A stretch of DNA of 64,000 bases from Trichosphaerium sp. ATCC 40318 (Eukaryota; Protista; Tubulinea), in assembly GCA_038496445.1 (NCBI GenBank), contig JALMLS010000537.1, positions 1 through 64,000 on the forward strand, read 5' to 3'. A model generated the notes under the pieces. The model was not told the origin of the DNA and ran no database searches. It saw nothing but the letters and a program-made list of their open reading frames with translations. Below are positions 36,019 through 49,808 of the stretch, one piece after another; position 1 is the stretch's first letter; the number at the start of each line of letters is the position of its first letter. Both the position numbers and the translations under genes were made by a program.

Positions 36019-39000
36019 TCAAGATTCTTGATGTATCTTCATGCCACTTTTAAGTAGCTCTTCATAAGGAAAAGGACCCTCAAGATGAAAATCTTGAGAA
36101 CCACCAGGCTCTAAATCTTCAAAAACTAGGACCCACACATCGTCTACTGCAGTATAAGACATGTGTTTTATCCCTCTGGCTTGTTTATCTTATGTTTTGT
36201 TAAGGTGTTAACACATTAAAAAACAACGTAAAAGAAAATACTTCAATGAGGATACACTGTGCACCTATGGTGCCTGCGAGTTGGTCATATGTGCATCTAG
36301 CATATGACTGTACTTTATGGTTTTGTTTTACTTCAGAAAGAACAACCCAAGTTGTTTTTGCTAGCACAATAATATTAGGTTTTGTATATTGGGTTTTTTT
36401 TGTATCTCGTACCAAAAATGAGAGTATTAATATGACGTTCTGCCCTTAACTCATTTTCAATATACTCTTCTGGTATATGTTCAGAAGTATATATACGTTG
36501 CTGATTAGAACACTACCAAGAAACATTAGCACGAAAAGCACAGGGATTTTTTGTTCTTTTTTTTTTGAGCGTGTTCCGAGTTACGTACATCCTGGTCATC
36601 ATAACGTCTTAAACTAACAATGTACCACATATCTTCATGGCAACCCATATAACATATAGAACGACCTAAAAGACAGTAAGTAATGACTAAAAACACAAAT
36701 TTAATACCTTCACTAATTGTACTGTTAACAATCTCTAAACATTGTTCTAGGTCATAAGTAGAGTTGATAAACTGTTGATAAAGTCTCTGTGCTTGTGGTG
36801 GTAGGTAATGGATGATAACCCAAGTATCTCCAAAAATACTAATCTAAACAAGGGAGTAAACAAACGCGACCAAACCAGCAGGGTAAAAGTCCTGACAAGT
36901 TGTCACGTGATGTCACGTGATCAAAATAAGCATTTTGAAAATGATCAGAGTACAATAAAAACACAGCATAAAAAAGGATGGTTGTTGGCACTTCGAAAAA
37001 AAAATTGTACATACTTGTTGTAACATGTAATCTTTTTCCCACATTTGATTAATATAGTCATTAGGTACATCGCCCTTGTTTACATATATCCATTGATCAA
37101 GTACTTTGGTTCTATTATTACGATCAAACATAAGAACCCAGCGGCCCTAAAAGAGGTAAGATAAAACCTTTTCGTGAGTTTTTTTCAAGCATACCCATTC
37201 ATGTTTAAAGTGTGTAATCCATAACTGAGATCCATCTTCAGCAGCACGCATTTGAGAAAAGAAGTTTGTTTCTGGTAAATCCATTAACCATCCACCTTCT
37301 CCAGGCAAATCTTGCATAGGTGTTTCCTTCAAAAGCAGTAAGAGACAAGTTTTTTTCCTTTCTCAAAAAAACCAAACACCAAAAAGTACATTAGCGCTCG
37401 ATGTTGACCGATCTCTTCCATCGCTTGGAGATCTACTTGCCTTCCTTAATACTTCTTTAGAAGAAGCAGGATCATAAGGAGCAGGTACAGCACCAGGTAC
37501 TAGGCATAGAATAAGTCGAAAATAGTTAAAAAATCGCACCAATGGTATCTTCTAAAGCGCTTTCCCAATTATTACTTTCTGGTCTTTGAACAGGTGCTTC
37601 TTTTATAGGAGCACAAACACTTATAGGTTCTCTCATTGGAGAACCTGCTATTGCTTGAGTTAAAGGAGACTTCTCCCTCTGGTCTTCCTGCTGTACACTG
37701 ACTTGTTGTATGTGCACTGGTTCAGTTACATCAAGGTCGTCTGACGGTTTGTCGTTATCATCTCCTTCAGTTTTTGGTGGGAAAGTATCACGCATTGATA
37801 ATATCTCCTCGAACTCACGCTCCATGTCACTCCAATCAATGACTTCATTCTCAGGTACTTTTGGAGCTAATTCAGGTTCTACTGGAGGAGCCTAAAGATA
37901 AAAGTTAAATCAGTAAAATAATTACACACTACTCCAAACTCTTTTTTTTGTTGAGACTCGTACACCAGCCGCTTCTTCAGATACAACAGAAGATGTCCGC
38001 GTATGATGGCTTAATGCCATTAGGGTTGATTCAAGTGGGTTATCATCTTCAAACATATCATGACGTTGTTCGAACTTTGGTGTTTGTAATTCTGTCAATC
38101 CAGATCTTTTACGTTCAAGTTTTGATGTGTCTGGTAAAGCATAGCTTCTGGCAACTACTCCACCAGGAGCTTTCGGAAGGCTTTCTGATCTCGTCGAGTC
38201 TGATTCTGATCGTTTTGAGTTGGGAATCTGAACAGGTGATGACGCTCCTTTGTTGAAAAGTAAGTATGAATTAAAGTAAGAACAAATAAAAAAGAGTTTA
38301 ATACGATATGCTAAAGCACGGGTCTATAATCAGCACCATAGACCATTTGTTTGTATTATTATAATTAGAAAAACACTTGGTGTTTCAGTTTAAATGTGCA
38401 ATGTAGTCCAAAATGATTCGAGCAAAGAAATGGCAATACCTAGTTTTTGTTCTTGTTCTTTACGGAACTTCATACTTTGACTCCAAGATTCTCTGTGGTG
38501 AGCTTTCGATGATAATGGAGAGTTCATTCTCTTATTGTTCTTTACTGGTGCAGGATCAGACGTTAGTCTAATACGTCCACCACTAGGTCGATGATTCATT
38601 GATGATGTAGATGGAGATGAAAGAATCTGTTTAGGTCGTAGTTTACTTCCTGTTTGTTTTTGTTTCATTTTTTCGCGTTCAGCGTGTAACTAGACCAGTG
38701 TGAGATTCAACAAAATAGAAAGGAAACAAGAACAAGCAAACAAGAAGAAAGAAAAAAATCAGAAAAAAATGTTGTGACAAAAAGATGTTGGTGTGGCACG
38801 TGTCACTAATAAAATTAACAATCTTATATACGATTAAATAAAAGCAATCATTATAAAAATAGTACCCTAGCTTCCATGACATCCTGTATCATAGATGTAG
38901 GTTTATGCATAGTCTTTATAAAATTATTAAATCCTTCAATTTTCTTCTTAAACAGAAACTTATACTTTCTGCCACTATGCATGCCCCATTTTTTATGAAG

Positions 39001-39776
39001 CTTGTATGGATTCATAGTACAATCACTTACTAACGAAACCATAAGTAATTGACGCTTATAAAAACACTACCAACCAAAAGAAAAATGTTTCTTTCCAACA
39101 AAGAAAAAAAAAACAGACAAAAACATCATGTATTTCATCGTCTACCAAACCAACGCACGCTTTTTGTTCTTAAATAGAACGTTGATACCATACTCTCCCC
39201 ATGCAGATGTAGGAAGGCCAAGTCGCTTGGCCGTTAATGCAGCTAAAGCCTGAACTGTATGATTCGGCGTCACAAGTATTGTTTTATATGATGCATCAAC
39301 GAGGAATACTTTGATTGCGGCCTAATTACCGTTTAACAATGAAAAAGGCATAACCATCATAAATTAGGTGTTATGCCAAATCTGCACTGACACTATAGCC
39401 AGTGCGTAGGATATCGTTCCAGTATGCTTTTAGAATACGTACCGTGTTTAGACCTTGTAAGTTAGGTTTAAAGTCCTCTGCTTTGCTGTACATTGGTACT
39501 TTGATTACGGAGTACCCTGTAAGATCGGTAAGCGCATTTTCAACTAAAAGCGGCAAAATGTTTTTGTACTACGACGTAACGGTTTGTATTTGAGTATAAA
39601 TGCAATACAAATAGAAGAAAGGCGAACGCGTATTATAGAAATAACAAAAATCTTTATAACGCCAACGATCGCAATTGGGGATTATTTTGCGCTTATTGAC
39701 GCCAAGTAAGACAACAATTTAAAGAATTACGAATACCTGTACTTCTAAACCTCTGATTTTGATAAGGGTCGCTCAT
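36019..39776 (-). CDS. Protein with an N-terminal RA/FERM-N ubiquitin-like domain, long Ser/Pro-rich linker and C-terminal tandem repeat domain
   Basis: IKVFLVDASYKTILVTPNHTVQALAALTAKRLGL…KFLFKKKI. C-terminal repeats: VPNDYINQMWEKDYMLQQISIFGDTWVII, IPEEYIENELRAERHINTLIF…WVVLS and GIKHMSYTAVDDVWVLVFE…FPYEELLK. Stop is TGA at 36019. Confidence 0.6.
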
Positions 39777-39887
39777 AGCGTTCGACACGCAATATTGCGT
39801 TGCTTGCAGCTCTTGTTGTAAAAAGTTGTTTGACTTTAAACTACTTTGCTTATTTAGGGTTCTATTGGCCTTCATTACATAACAAGT

Positions 39888-40540
39888 ATGCTTCTTCGCT
39901 CACTAACAGCGAAACGTGCGTGTTGTAATCGAAACAGCCGTAGCTATGCTACTGAGGCAGTAGTACCAGTGGAACAACACTACCTGCTCCAATATGAGCT
40001 GTACCCTGAGGTTAAACACAAAGCAATGTGCGCTACTATTTAACTTTCGTTAACGCCAGTTCGTGTTGTTAACAGCGACTACGCAGGAAACCAATAATTC
40101 AACAACACATGTCGCATTGTAGAAAATTTCCAGAGCTAAGATACGCTGCAAACAGCTTTGAGGTATGTCGTAATTACAATTGACAAGAGCTACGTGCCAA
40201 ACTGTGCCAGTGTAACGTTTTTGCATGAAAAACTGTTTCAACGCAGTAGAAATGCACCTGTCACTCTAAAAACGTTTTTATGGACGTTTTTACTATATAA
40301 AACATCTATAATCTACAAATAAACGTTCTCACAATCTAATAGGCTGGTGAAAGCCCTTACGCGCATTACATATTCAAAACAACTGATATTTCTCTTGTTG
40401 AGGAGTTTATAAGAGTGGATCCGTTAAAGATCCTTTCTCATCCTACCGTACCGCTAATATCAGACTGGAGTTTACAAGATTACAAAGTAGTACTTGACAC
40501 TGATAAAAAGGACGAAGATGAAAATGAAGACGAAGACTGA
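39888..40540 (+). CDS. YciI/YCII-related protein with a probable mitochondrial presequence (3 exons)
   Basis: MLLRSLTAKR…RSYAT presequence, then HYLLQYELYPE|RLRRKPIIQQHMSH…|AGESPYAHYIFKTTDISLVEEFIRVDPL…LISDWSLQDYKVV and an acidic tail. Not in the ORF track. Confidence 0.65.
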
Positions 40541-41031
40541 GGCTAACTTTATTTATAAATAGCAAAAAACCAAAACTCTTTTTTTTTCACGTGTCAAATA
40601 AAAAAAATCTTAGATCATTCCTTCTAGTATTTAGCTGGACGGTTTTGAAAACATTAGATTACGGCCTCAAACCAGTGGAACAAACGACGGTTAAGGAAGA
40701 AACGCGACAGCAACAAATAAGTATGATTTTACACAGTTGTGATTCTAAGTAAAACCTTAGGTAGCAAAGGTGAAGTTGCAAACATGTGATTTTGCAGTTT
40801 CTGTAACCATCTTCTGAGTGGAAGTAATATCTAGCGCAGGTACTACGCTAAAATTTGTCTGCCAGTTTACTGCTGAATACAGCCTCGTCAACTAGATGTT
40901 CAACCAATGCGCACCTCGTGCAGCGCTTCACAAGTTAGTTGCAATCGCACTAGCACGTTGAGTCACAACTTGATAGTAAAGGAGGTTTCGGTTGCGATGT
41001 ATCCCACGAATTTGCTTTATTTCACATGTAA

Positions 41032-41114
41032 GCATGGATGGCCGAGTGGTTAAGGCGATAGACTCAAGTTCTATTGGATGTATGTCCGCGTGGGTTCAAG
41101 TCCCACTTCATGCA
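41032..41114 (+). tRNA. tRNA-Leu(CAA)
   Basis: Acceptor GCATGGA/TTCATGC, D-arm GGCCGAGTGGTTAAGGC, anticodon stem ATAGA-CTCAAGT-TCTAT, long variable arm and T-loop GGTTCAAGTCC. A TTTT terminator follows. Confidence 0.93.
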
Positions 41115-41179
41115 GTACTTTTGCAATCTTTTGGAATACGCTGTTTTCGTCATTTTACGTACAGACTTGGCCGCCACGT

Positions 41180-44100
41180 TTTATTGTTCATGGTACCTAG
41201 GCGTCCTGGTTTTATTCGTTGACGTTTTGTGGATACTATCAGTTGTTTGTGGTTTTGAAAGAAGAAATCATAGCTTTAGCGTAATGGCGTTTTTGTAGAG
41301 GTGTCATGTCCGTCAGATTGAGAAGCTATACAGCGAGCTTAACAGTTTGAATTTCTACAACCTTGCTCGGAGTATGTTTGTGAATGATTGAAGCCAACAC
41401 ATTTTTATATAGCCGACAGCAGTACAATATCCGTTTTGTTATTGTGCAGTATTCTTTCTTCAGACAACACGACTTGTGTACATGTGAACATTGACATTCT
41501 TATACGGTGTTTCTAAAGATAACAACACGATTAAATCTCAGATGAATTGGTTACAATCGCCACTAGTATACACCCTAGGTACTATGAGAATAAACAGAAC
41601 ATTGCGATCTTTTATTTTTACAAAGTGTGTTCTTTTGCCGACATTCTTCGGAATAGCAGTGTGGCTAATGTACGTACCCAGGGTATTGTATACTCATTAT
41701 CATATATTCAAATCCAACTATGGGGATTCGGAATGGTAATACCATTGTAGTGGGTATGAGCTACCCTCAGAACTCTACAATTGAGCTTTGGGTACAAATA
41801 CTATTTTTCAGCTGTCATTTTTTTCCCAACTAACGGCCATTGTTTGCTTTAGAATATACGTGGACATGCTACATTTAAAGGAGTCGAATTCTGGAAGAAC
41901 AGTGTAAATAAAAACGGAGGCATCAATATTGCTGGTCGGAACTATTCGGTACTGAGCTTCAACCAACCTCGGAGTTTTTTTGTTGCTTGTTTACTCTACA
42001 CCAGGTGGAAGTTGAAGCGCTTGGAGACGATTTTGAAAGCACCACAATTGTAAATAACTATAAAATCCTCTTAGAAAACCCTGAAGTAGATTATCTCCTT
42101 GGTACAACTTGCCGTTTTAAGCACACCTGTGACCGAAAACGTTTTATAAAACGACATCAATAGTTTTTCTAATTTTTCACTTAAACAAGGTCCCCTTGGT
42201 TCTGTACACAGTGTTAAGGTGGCTGAGGAAGTAACTGAACCTGCAAATAGACTGTTGATAGGTATGACTGCATCAACAGATGAGTTTGCGCTTAGCGGTA
42301 AGCATTCTTTTGGCGTTCTTCCAATAAACTCAAGGTGCATACCAACAACTATTTGTAAGCGCATTTTGCTAATTAACAACAAACAGATTGACTCATGTTA
42401 CCATACCTTTTCTACGAACAAACGGATTTAAATCAGCGACCTACCTTATATTGAATCAACACGGAAGTATTGCATGTAATGGTTTTACACGAATAGTACG
42501 AAAAAAGTAAACTTTGTTGCCTTTTTTTACAAAGTGTACAACCATGTTGTTTGCACTAACCAGTAAGTAATAGGGACGCGAGAACGGTATTGAGAACATA
42601 ACGTCGTTCTATGTTAGTGATAAGGATACTCCACTAAATGCACAGAACTGGACAGACACTTTAAAGGTAATGTATAGCTTACTATTTGTTTACTCAATTG
42701 TCTTCATAGGCTATCATAGAAACTGATAGTGATGTACTTTTTAGTTGCGGCGGTTTAAATCAAGCACCTCTTGGATTTATGCTTCCACTCATGAAAGAAG
42801 CTGACTGGACCCCGAAACTACTTGTTGTTATTCCTTTCTTTTTAACATCCTTTGATACAAGTCTACTCAACTACATCACTGGCATAAGAGCAGTAAGACC
42901 GTCAATACAACGTTTCTTACTGGGTATTTAACGTTCTGTGTTAGCTGTATAGCAATTCAAGAAGGCGAGGAGACTTCTATGGAACAACAATGGATTTTTC
43001 AGATGAATTTGATAAACTAGCACCAGAGGTAACAGGTGAAGCTAGAATGATAGCAGGCGCATGTACTTTGTCTGTAACGATGCTACAAAAAGCTCTTGAA
43101 GTATGTCAAAATATCTAGTTACCTTGTTAACTTAGCAATTAAATAGGCATCTTTCAGCACCAATGATACAGATGTTATTACATCACTCAAAACACTAGAT
43201 ATCAACACATTTCTTGGGCGGGTACGCTGACTCTCAGGATGTTTTCTTGAGGAGCAAACACATGCTAATTTAAGCTAGATACGCTTTTCGCCAAATAATG
43301 AACAACTTTCAGATGCTACATGGGGTCAATTGATTCACAATAGCGAAGAAGTTGTTGGTCCTCTGTTGAGTGCATCAAAAGAACTTGTCGTTCCTATGCC
43401 AACATGGAAAGAACGGATATTTTCGCCCAAATTTGGTAACAAACACTTTTATTAGTTACATGTTCTTGTTTCTAATTTGTAATCGTAGGTGATAGTGTAT
43501 ATGAATGGATTGTCCTGGCAGCGGTTCTGTTAGCATGTATGCTAACTTCACTATTTGGAGTTTATATTATTATGTACAAAGATAGATTTCAATGTATGCA
43601 AATCACGTGGCTTTTTCAAATTCTCATTTTTTTCTTCTCGTTCAAAAAGATTGTCGCCATAATGTTTGTTAATTCTTTGATCCAGATTCATCTCCTTTTT
43701 TCATGGTTGGCATAATTCTTGGAGCAAACTTGATATACTTTAGTACACTATTCGGTACACCAAACAGTAGCAGTACAGCGTCTTGTCATGCACAGAACTG
43801 GTTATATTTTTTGGGCATCAACATTATGTTTGGGTACTAATCCGCTAGTTTCTCATGTACGCCTCTAATCCTGTTGTATGAAAAAGATGCCTTTCCGCTA
43901 AATCATGGCGAGTGTATTACATCTTTAAAGCTTCAAAAACGTTACAAAGGATAAAAATTACAGATCTTGAGGTAGTTGTTTATGTCGGGGTATTTTGCTC
44001 TGTTTGTTTGGTATGCTTTTTTCTGTTGTTCTATACTCTAGCTCCCACTAACTTGTTTTATTTTCAATAGATATTATGTATAAGTTATAGCGCACTACTA

Positions 44101-44854
44101 AAGCCATCAGAAATCGTTGTCATAGACCAATACCGAGTATCAAAGAACTTTTATGAGTGCACATTATCTCTTGCTGGAACTGTGATTTTAGCACTACAAC
44201 GAGTTGCTATTGTATGGCCTTGTGCATCTGCTTTTAGAATACTGACTATTTTCCTAGATTGCCGCTATGCTTGTTGGTACTATCACAGCAACACTTATTC
44301 GTAAAGTACCTGCCAATATTTTTAACGAATCAAAGGTACTGAGAAAACAAAAAGTAAAATTGACATTGTTCTTAGGTATTAGGATACTCAATCTATAGTA
44401 TGACACTCTTCACTTTGATTGGAACTATATCATTCTACACTATAACTTCAAATACTGCTGTTGGTCAACGATATGTCATACACTCACTATGTGCAATTCT
44501 GAGTGCAGGTGCGTAGCTCATAAATAAGTTCATAAAAGAGAAGTACTTTGCTTTTTCTGTAAACACAATTAATGTATTTACACGAGTGATGATCAGTAGC
44601 TTGACGTATTTTCATGAGTGTTGTGATAAGTAATCTGTACTAAAACTGTTATAGGTCTTTGTGTTCTTGCAATGTTTGTTCTTTCAAAGAACAGCTCAAA
44701 TAAAAGAAATACACTTTCTGTGAGCAGACCGGACTTGATGGATGAACAACTTTCTGAGTTTGAATTGGACAAAGAAAAGCATATTACTAACCTGACAAAA
44801 GACTTACGAAAACTGCAACAAATGCTGGAGCAAGAAAGAAAAACAGATAAATAA
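41180..44854 (+). CDS. Class C (GABA-B/Grl-like) GPCR: periplasmic-binding-type ectodomain, 7TM and C-terminal coiled coil; 5' exons uncertain
   Basis: GVEFWKNSVNKNGGINIAG…VDYLLGPLGS, LVVPMPTWKERIF, SSPFFMVGIILGANLIY, CHAQNWLYFLGINIMFG…KSWRVYYIF and IRKVPANIFNESK. Some ectodomain junctions (e.g. ~42440-42480) do not splice cleanly. Confidence 0.75.
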
Positions 44855-45420
44855 AACTGCTTTTCTCTTCGAAAACAAATCCAGGTCTTCCAAATTTGCT
44901 CCAAAATGGAAGCTTGATTCATATCAATATCTCTTTGTACCTCTTTAATACCATTACACTCAGTTACAGATATAGTAATGGGATCGGCTATCCCTGCGGC
45001 TGGTGTTGTGAGTACCTGTTGAACAAAAAGAACGATCATAGACTGCTATGCAGCCTAGTCAAGGTTTATATAGAGCTTTTCCCTAACGGCAGAACTCACC
45101 TCTGTATCGGACCTTATAATTTTCTTGGCCCAGACCGAGTTCCTAAGTTAATTACGTGCTACTTACGAGGACATGCTGGCTAATGTAACGATTCAAGCTT
45201 TCACACTACGTCGGATTAAGATGGAACTTTTGACTATTCCACCTCGCAATGCATACACCCACTAAGCTAGACGGAGGACTCCCTTAAATGTTTTCGACCA
45301 AATGGCTAGGAAGCCCCACGCGTGGTGCACACACTGCAACTACTACAATTTAACAACTATTTTCGTTTCATTTTATACCCATAAAAACTACTCACAAATT
45401 AATTGTGGGATACAGAGTGT

Positions 45421-45760
45421 ATTTCACTGAAAATTCTATTGCAATTACTCAAATATGGATAATGCACATTTCAAAACGCTCTTAAAGGCTTGTGATAGAT
45501 ATTTACACGCGTGGAAACCTTAACAGCGAAGTTTTGGTTCAAAAAACGTGCAACTAAACGATAACTTCTGTTTTCTGGTTGTTGAAGCACTTCACTGAAA
45601 TAACTGTTGTAATTACTCAAATACGGATAATGCACATGTACAATAGCCACAAACCCTTGCGCTGGCTATTTGCACCCTTAGATAACCTTAGCGACAATGT
45701 TTTGGTTCGCAAAACGTGCAACTAAACGAGAACTTTTTTCAGTGATTGTTAATAGCTTTT
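45421..45760 (+). repeat. Degenerate tandem duplication (~170-bp unit), probably F-box relics
   Basis: ttcactgaaa…aattactcaaata(t/c)ggataatgcacat and ttttggttc…aaaacgtgcaactaaacga each occur twice. With one frameshift the unit reads TEILLQLLKY. Confidence 0.6.
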
Positions 45761-45899
45761 CCCTGCATAATAAAAAAGACACCACGTGATCAAATCTATC
45801 AATGCGACCTGCTAAATAAGGGCGTGGCATGTTCAATATGCTATAATCATGCATTAGAGTAGCATGAACTGTTTCAAACCTTCCACAGTGAAGGACAAG

Positions 45900-46530
45900 C
45901 GAAAAACGAAGTAAATTGCATGAAGGAATCAAAGCTCTTATGGACCATACACTTGGCGTTAATGTATTTGACGAGCAAAGTATTTTTGGTCTAAAAGGTC
46001 TTTTATGCAGTGCATAACTTCTCGTCATGAACTGCTACAATCACTTCATACTTTGAGTGCTCGCAGTTGATTAATTGATTCTTTACTTTGCATACCATAT
46101 CATTATAAACCGGACTTTTTTGAAGTTGGCATTGTGTAACGACTCCAGCAACTGAAGTCGAGACAGTTTCTTACGTAATTTGGAAGCACGAGATAGATGT
46201 AATATTGGCTGATATCATACACTTGGTACAGATGATGGGGTATCAAGGAACTGAAAGGTGTTTATAAGATAAACTTGTACACCTGTATATTACAGATGAT
46301 GGTGTAAAGGTACTCAGGAGTTCATACTTTTTAACTTTCTGAAAGATCCGTGATAGATGTATCCGACACTTCAAGTGTACTATTTCGCTTGAAAGTACTT
46401 CTGTTACAGACAAAGGCATCATGGCACTTTTAGGCCTTCATATCATTACCCTTAGTCGCACTTCTGTTACACTTATTCTAAGCTGCACTTAAGGGTACGG
46501 GCGAAGGTATAAAATCACTGTCGGGATGCT
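45900..46530 (+). pseudogene. Heavily degenerate LRR (GVHTINL family) relic
   Basis: Fragments HEGIKAL, TDDG…IKELKGVYKINL, ITDDGVKV, VTDKGIMAL and EGIKSLSG in shifting frames. Confidence 0.6.
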
Positions 46531-47199
46531 TGATATTAGTACCGTTTGCGTAATAGATTGAATCTCTCCAATTGCGTAGGCAACTTTGGCCACATATAGG
46601 ACCCAACTAGATTCTGGATGAGTATTTCCAGACATGGACTGGCTTCGCTCTCAAAAAACCCAAGCTGTCGGTTGTTATCCGACTAGATATTGCCACCTTA
46701 TTTGCTTGAATGGAGTCATCTAATTGACATAGTCTATTTCACGTGAGTGATTTCAACTAATTGGCACAACCAACATCATTTGTTCGCAACAAGGATTATA
46801 TTGTCCAATCCTTTGTTAGAACAATCGTTTTTCTGACAAGTTTTTCTTTTAACTAACTGTTGGTTTTCGAGTTCAGTAAGATCGATCTTGCAAGTCTTGT
46901 TCATTCTTACAAGATATGAGAGTTTTTTTCAAAAGTAGGAGATACAACGTGTGAAATGTGATCCACTAGCGATGCTTTTTTTGAAGTGAGAGCCAATTAA
47001 CTACAAGTTTGGAAAAAAAAACGCAAACAGGTATTGCTGGTGTCGCTATTAACGTCAATAAACATGTCACGTGATCTCATTTTAATATTTCTACTTTTTC
47101 AATTATTGGAAGTGTCTAGAGGTACGTAAATCGCTGCATATTAATCATACGTCGCGTGTAGCTTACTTTTGAGAAAAATCTCTCAGGGCAATCTTTCAC

Positions 47200-49080
47200 G
47201 GCACAAGTTTCGGTCGCTTTTGATATAGACACGTGCGAGGACGTACAATTAGAACCGTCTAGTACTTCTAATGAAAGCTTCGCTTTGATAAAGTACACTG
47301 GTTATCATGTTATCTGTACGTTGGTGCTAAAGGCATTTGTGCTCATGTTTCGTCCATTGTAGTTAATATTTTGAATGCTCATGTCTTTTTCACCGCAACG
47401 CTTCGAAACACAGCTGGTTCTATACATGAGATGATAACAGAGTGGTCAGCGGATACAACCTGGACATCGTATCCAAAAAACGGGCCGGGTACTTTTTTTT
47501 TTTCGGGTATTTATGTACTGCCTTTTGGATTAAAGTAAATAGTTGCTGGTGTTGATTATGTCCCTGATGCTATTACAACGTACTCTGCACTTTCTGCTGG
47601 CGAAAGATTAAAAGTAAACGCTACCACGCAAGCAAGGAAATGGAAGGCTACAAGGGCTAATCATGGTTGGCTCATTAAAAGCAGTACGGCATTATTGCAA
47701 GCCAAACACTTTTTTTTTTTAAACATCACGTGTTTAAGGTAGCGGCAATGTCTCCAATCATTTCTTTTGGTGTGATGCATATAAACCATTCAGGCCAACA
47801 GTTACAATTGAGGATCTCTTTCCGTTTGAAGTTGTTGGATACACTTATGAAGATCCACGCACGTGCTTTTGATTAACTTGGTTTACTGACAAGCTTTTTA
47901 GTTGGTAACCAAGAGTATCCTCCTCCGTACATTGCTTACACACGCCTTTGTGCTTTTATTGAAAGCGTAGAGGGCTATGATCAATATGTCGAAGCAGCTG
48001 TGAAGGATGGTTTTATGGTAATGAATGGCCGTCTTGTTGAAACCACACAAGTCCCCGCTATAAACAACACAATACGCAAGTTGATTATTCTTGAGATTAT
48101 CTATCATTTTAACTTTCAGCCGTAGATGGATTTTGTTTGACTGTACCTCCTGGACTAAATACAGAAACAGTGATCCTTGGTCTTCGGTACACCTCAACGT
48201 TTTATTGTGACTGACCAAGAGAGCAGTCAGAATACTTTTAATGTGATGTGGGAACCTCTAGCATACACAACGAAACTTCCAGATGAGATTGGTAAGTATA
48301 CATAAATCCCAGTTTTTCTCACGCGTTTTCAAGGTTGTCAAAAATTCGGTTGTGAGAATAGTACAGTTGTTATAAACGGTACTTTAGAGGGTGAGATATT
48401 CGGATCTTCTACGAGTATAGTGATTATCAATGATGTCATAATTAATGGAAACTTCAATGTACGAGGTAAGTGTAGGATTCATCATTGTGAAACTTAGAAC
48501 AACTATTAGGATCGATCACTATCGAATCAAACGAAACTGTGGTGACAGTTAATGGATGTATAGCAGCTACTGATGGTATAAAAGTAATATTAGATAACAG
48601 AACATACGTAGACGGCGAAGTTGTGACCCAAGTGTTCACACAGTGTAAATTGCAAGTAGGTGATTTCGTTAGTGTCAAAAAGTTAAGTTTGCTCTAGAAT
48701 ACAACTGTTGAGTTTTTTGGTGGAACTACATCTGTACGTACTATCCGTTCCTATACTATCTCTAATACTATGATAATAGAAAGCATGCGAGAGAATAGAA
48801 GCTGTAGAGACTTCTAATGCGAGAGGTTTTGCATTGGCAATATCCATCAATACAAATGATTGCAGAACTAAGACAGACGGAGTTAACTTGAATGTTGTAA
48901 TACTCTCTGTTGTAGGAGGTGTTATTTTAGTGTCTTTGATAATTGCAGTAGTTCTATACGGTCATAGGTACATGATAAGGTCTTCTTTACATTGTATTAA
49001 ACAGTAATTAGGCTATATTACCTAAAAGGATACTCAATTTCTAAGATTATTGCCAGAAGTGATTCCACAAGCAGTGACTG
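47200..49080 (+). CDS. Single-pass membrane protein with a DNRLRE-like extracellular domain; possibly truncated or frameshifted
   Basis: IHEMITEWSADTTW…VNATTQARKWKATRANHGWLIK…RPTVTI, beta-rich repeats, TM segment VVILSVVGGVILVSLIIAVVLY, and stop TGA at 49078-49080. There is a frame break near 48180 and no clear signal peptide. Confidence 0.45.
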
Positions 49081-49808
49081 AGTGGTAGGAACCCCTTGAA
49101 ATTGTAGTCAAGATAGCCTACATCAATAAAGACACGTGGGTCCCAACTTATATCTTCTTTTGATTCAACTGACCAACGTATTTTATTGTGATTTTTTACA
49201 ATGACACAGAAGCACAAGTTTTAGCCGTTAACACAGTATTCGCGATCTCATTATCGGATTAATGTCAGTACAATACCGTATAAAACAGTGTGAACGTATC
49301 AAAAGACTGCTGTAAACAGACCAACAACATTTCTTGGGGTTTTTTACTACTTTAGTTCAGACTTTATGTTGGTACTAAAATACTCTCAAGGAGCTAATTT
49401 TATTGGTTCCCGTAGAGTACATAATTTAAACGTAAGTGTTAACACTATGTAGCACTATTGAAGGTCCTGTCCAAGAAGCACTTGTACATTATCAAATACC
49501 GTTCACAGATTGGCAACCGTGAATACTGATACAAGCCACATCATTGGAGAAGAATGCATTATAAAAGTAAAAGCACGTGATCTGGATCTAGTACCAACAA
49601 GTTGTATACATTAAGTACGTCTATTGGCGACAAAAGGGTTCGAGGCTAAAGAGGTTCACTCCACAGAGTAACTGTCTTTCTATCACGTGCGGATATAGTT
49701 AAGTTCTTTACAAAGCAAGTATTGCTGTGTAACACAAACTTAACACATGATTGGCACAATCGTGCATTACTTTTGTAAAAGAGCCACAACACGCATTGAA
49801 GTAGAAAA

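Noticed and set aside
41032-41114. tRNA-Sec or opal suppressor (TCA appears in the loop)
   Set aside because: The 7-nt loop CTCAAGT places CAA at positions 34-36, and the 7-bp acceptor stem and G37 fit tRNA-Leu.
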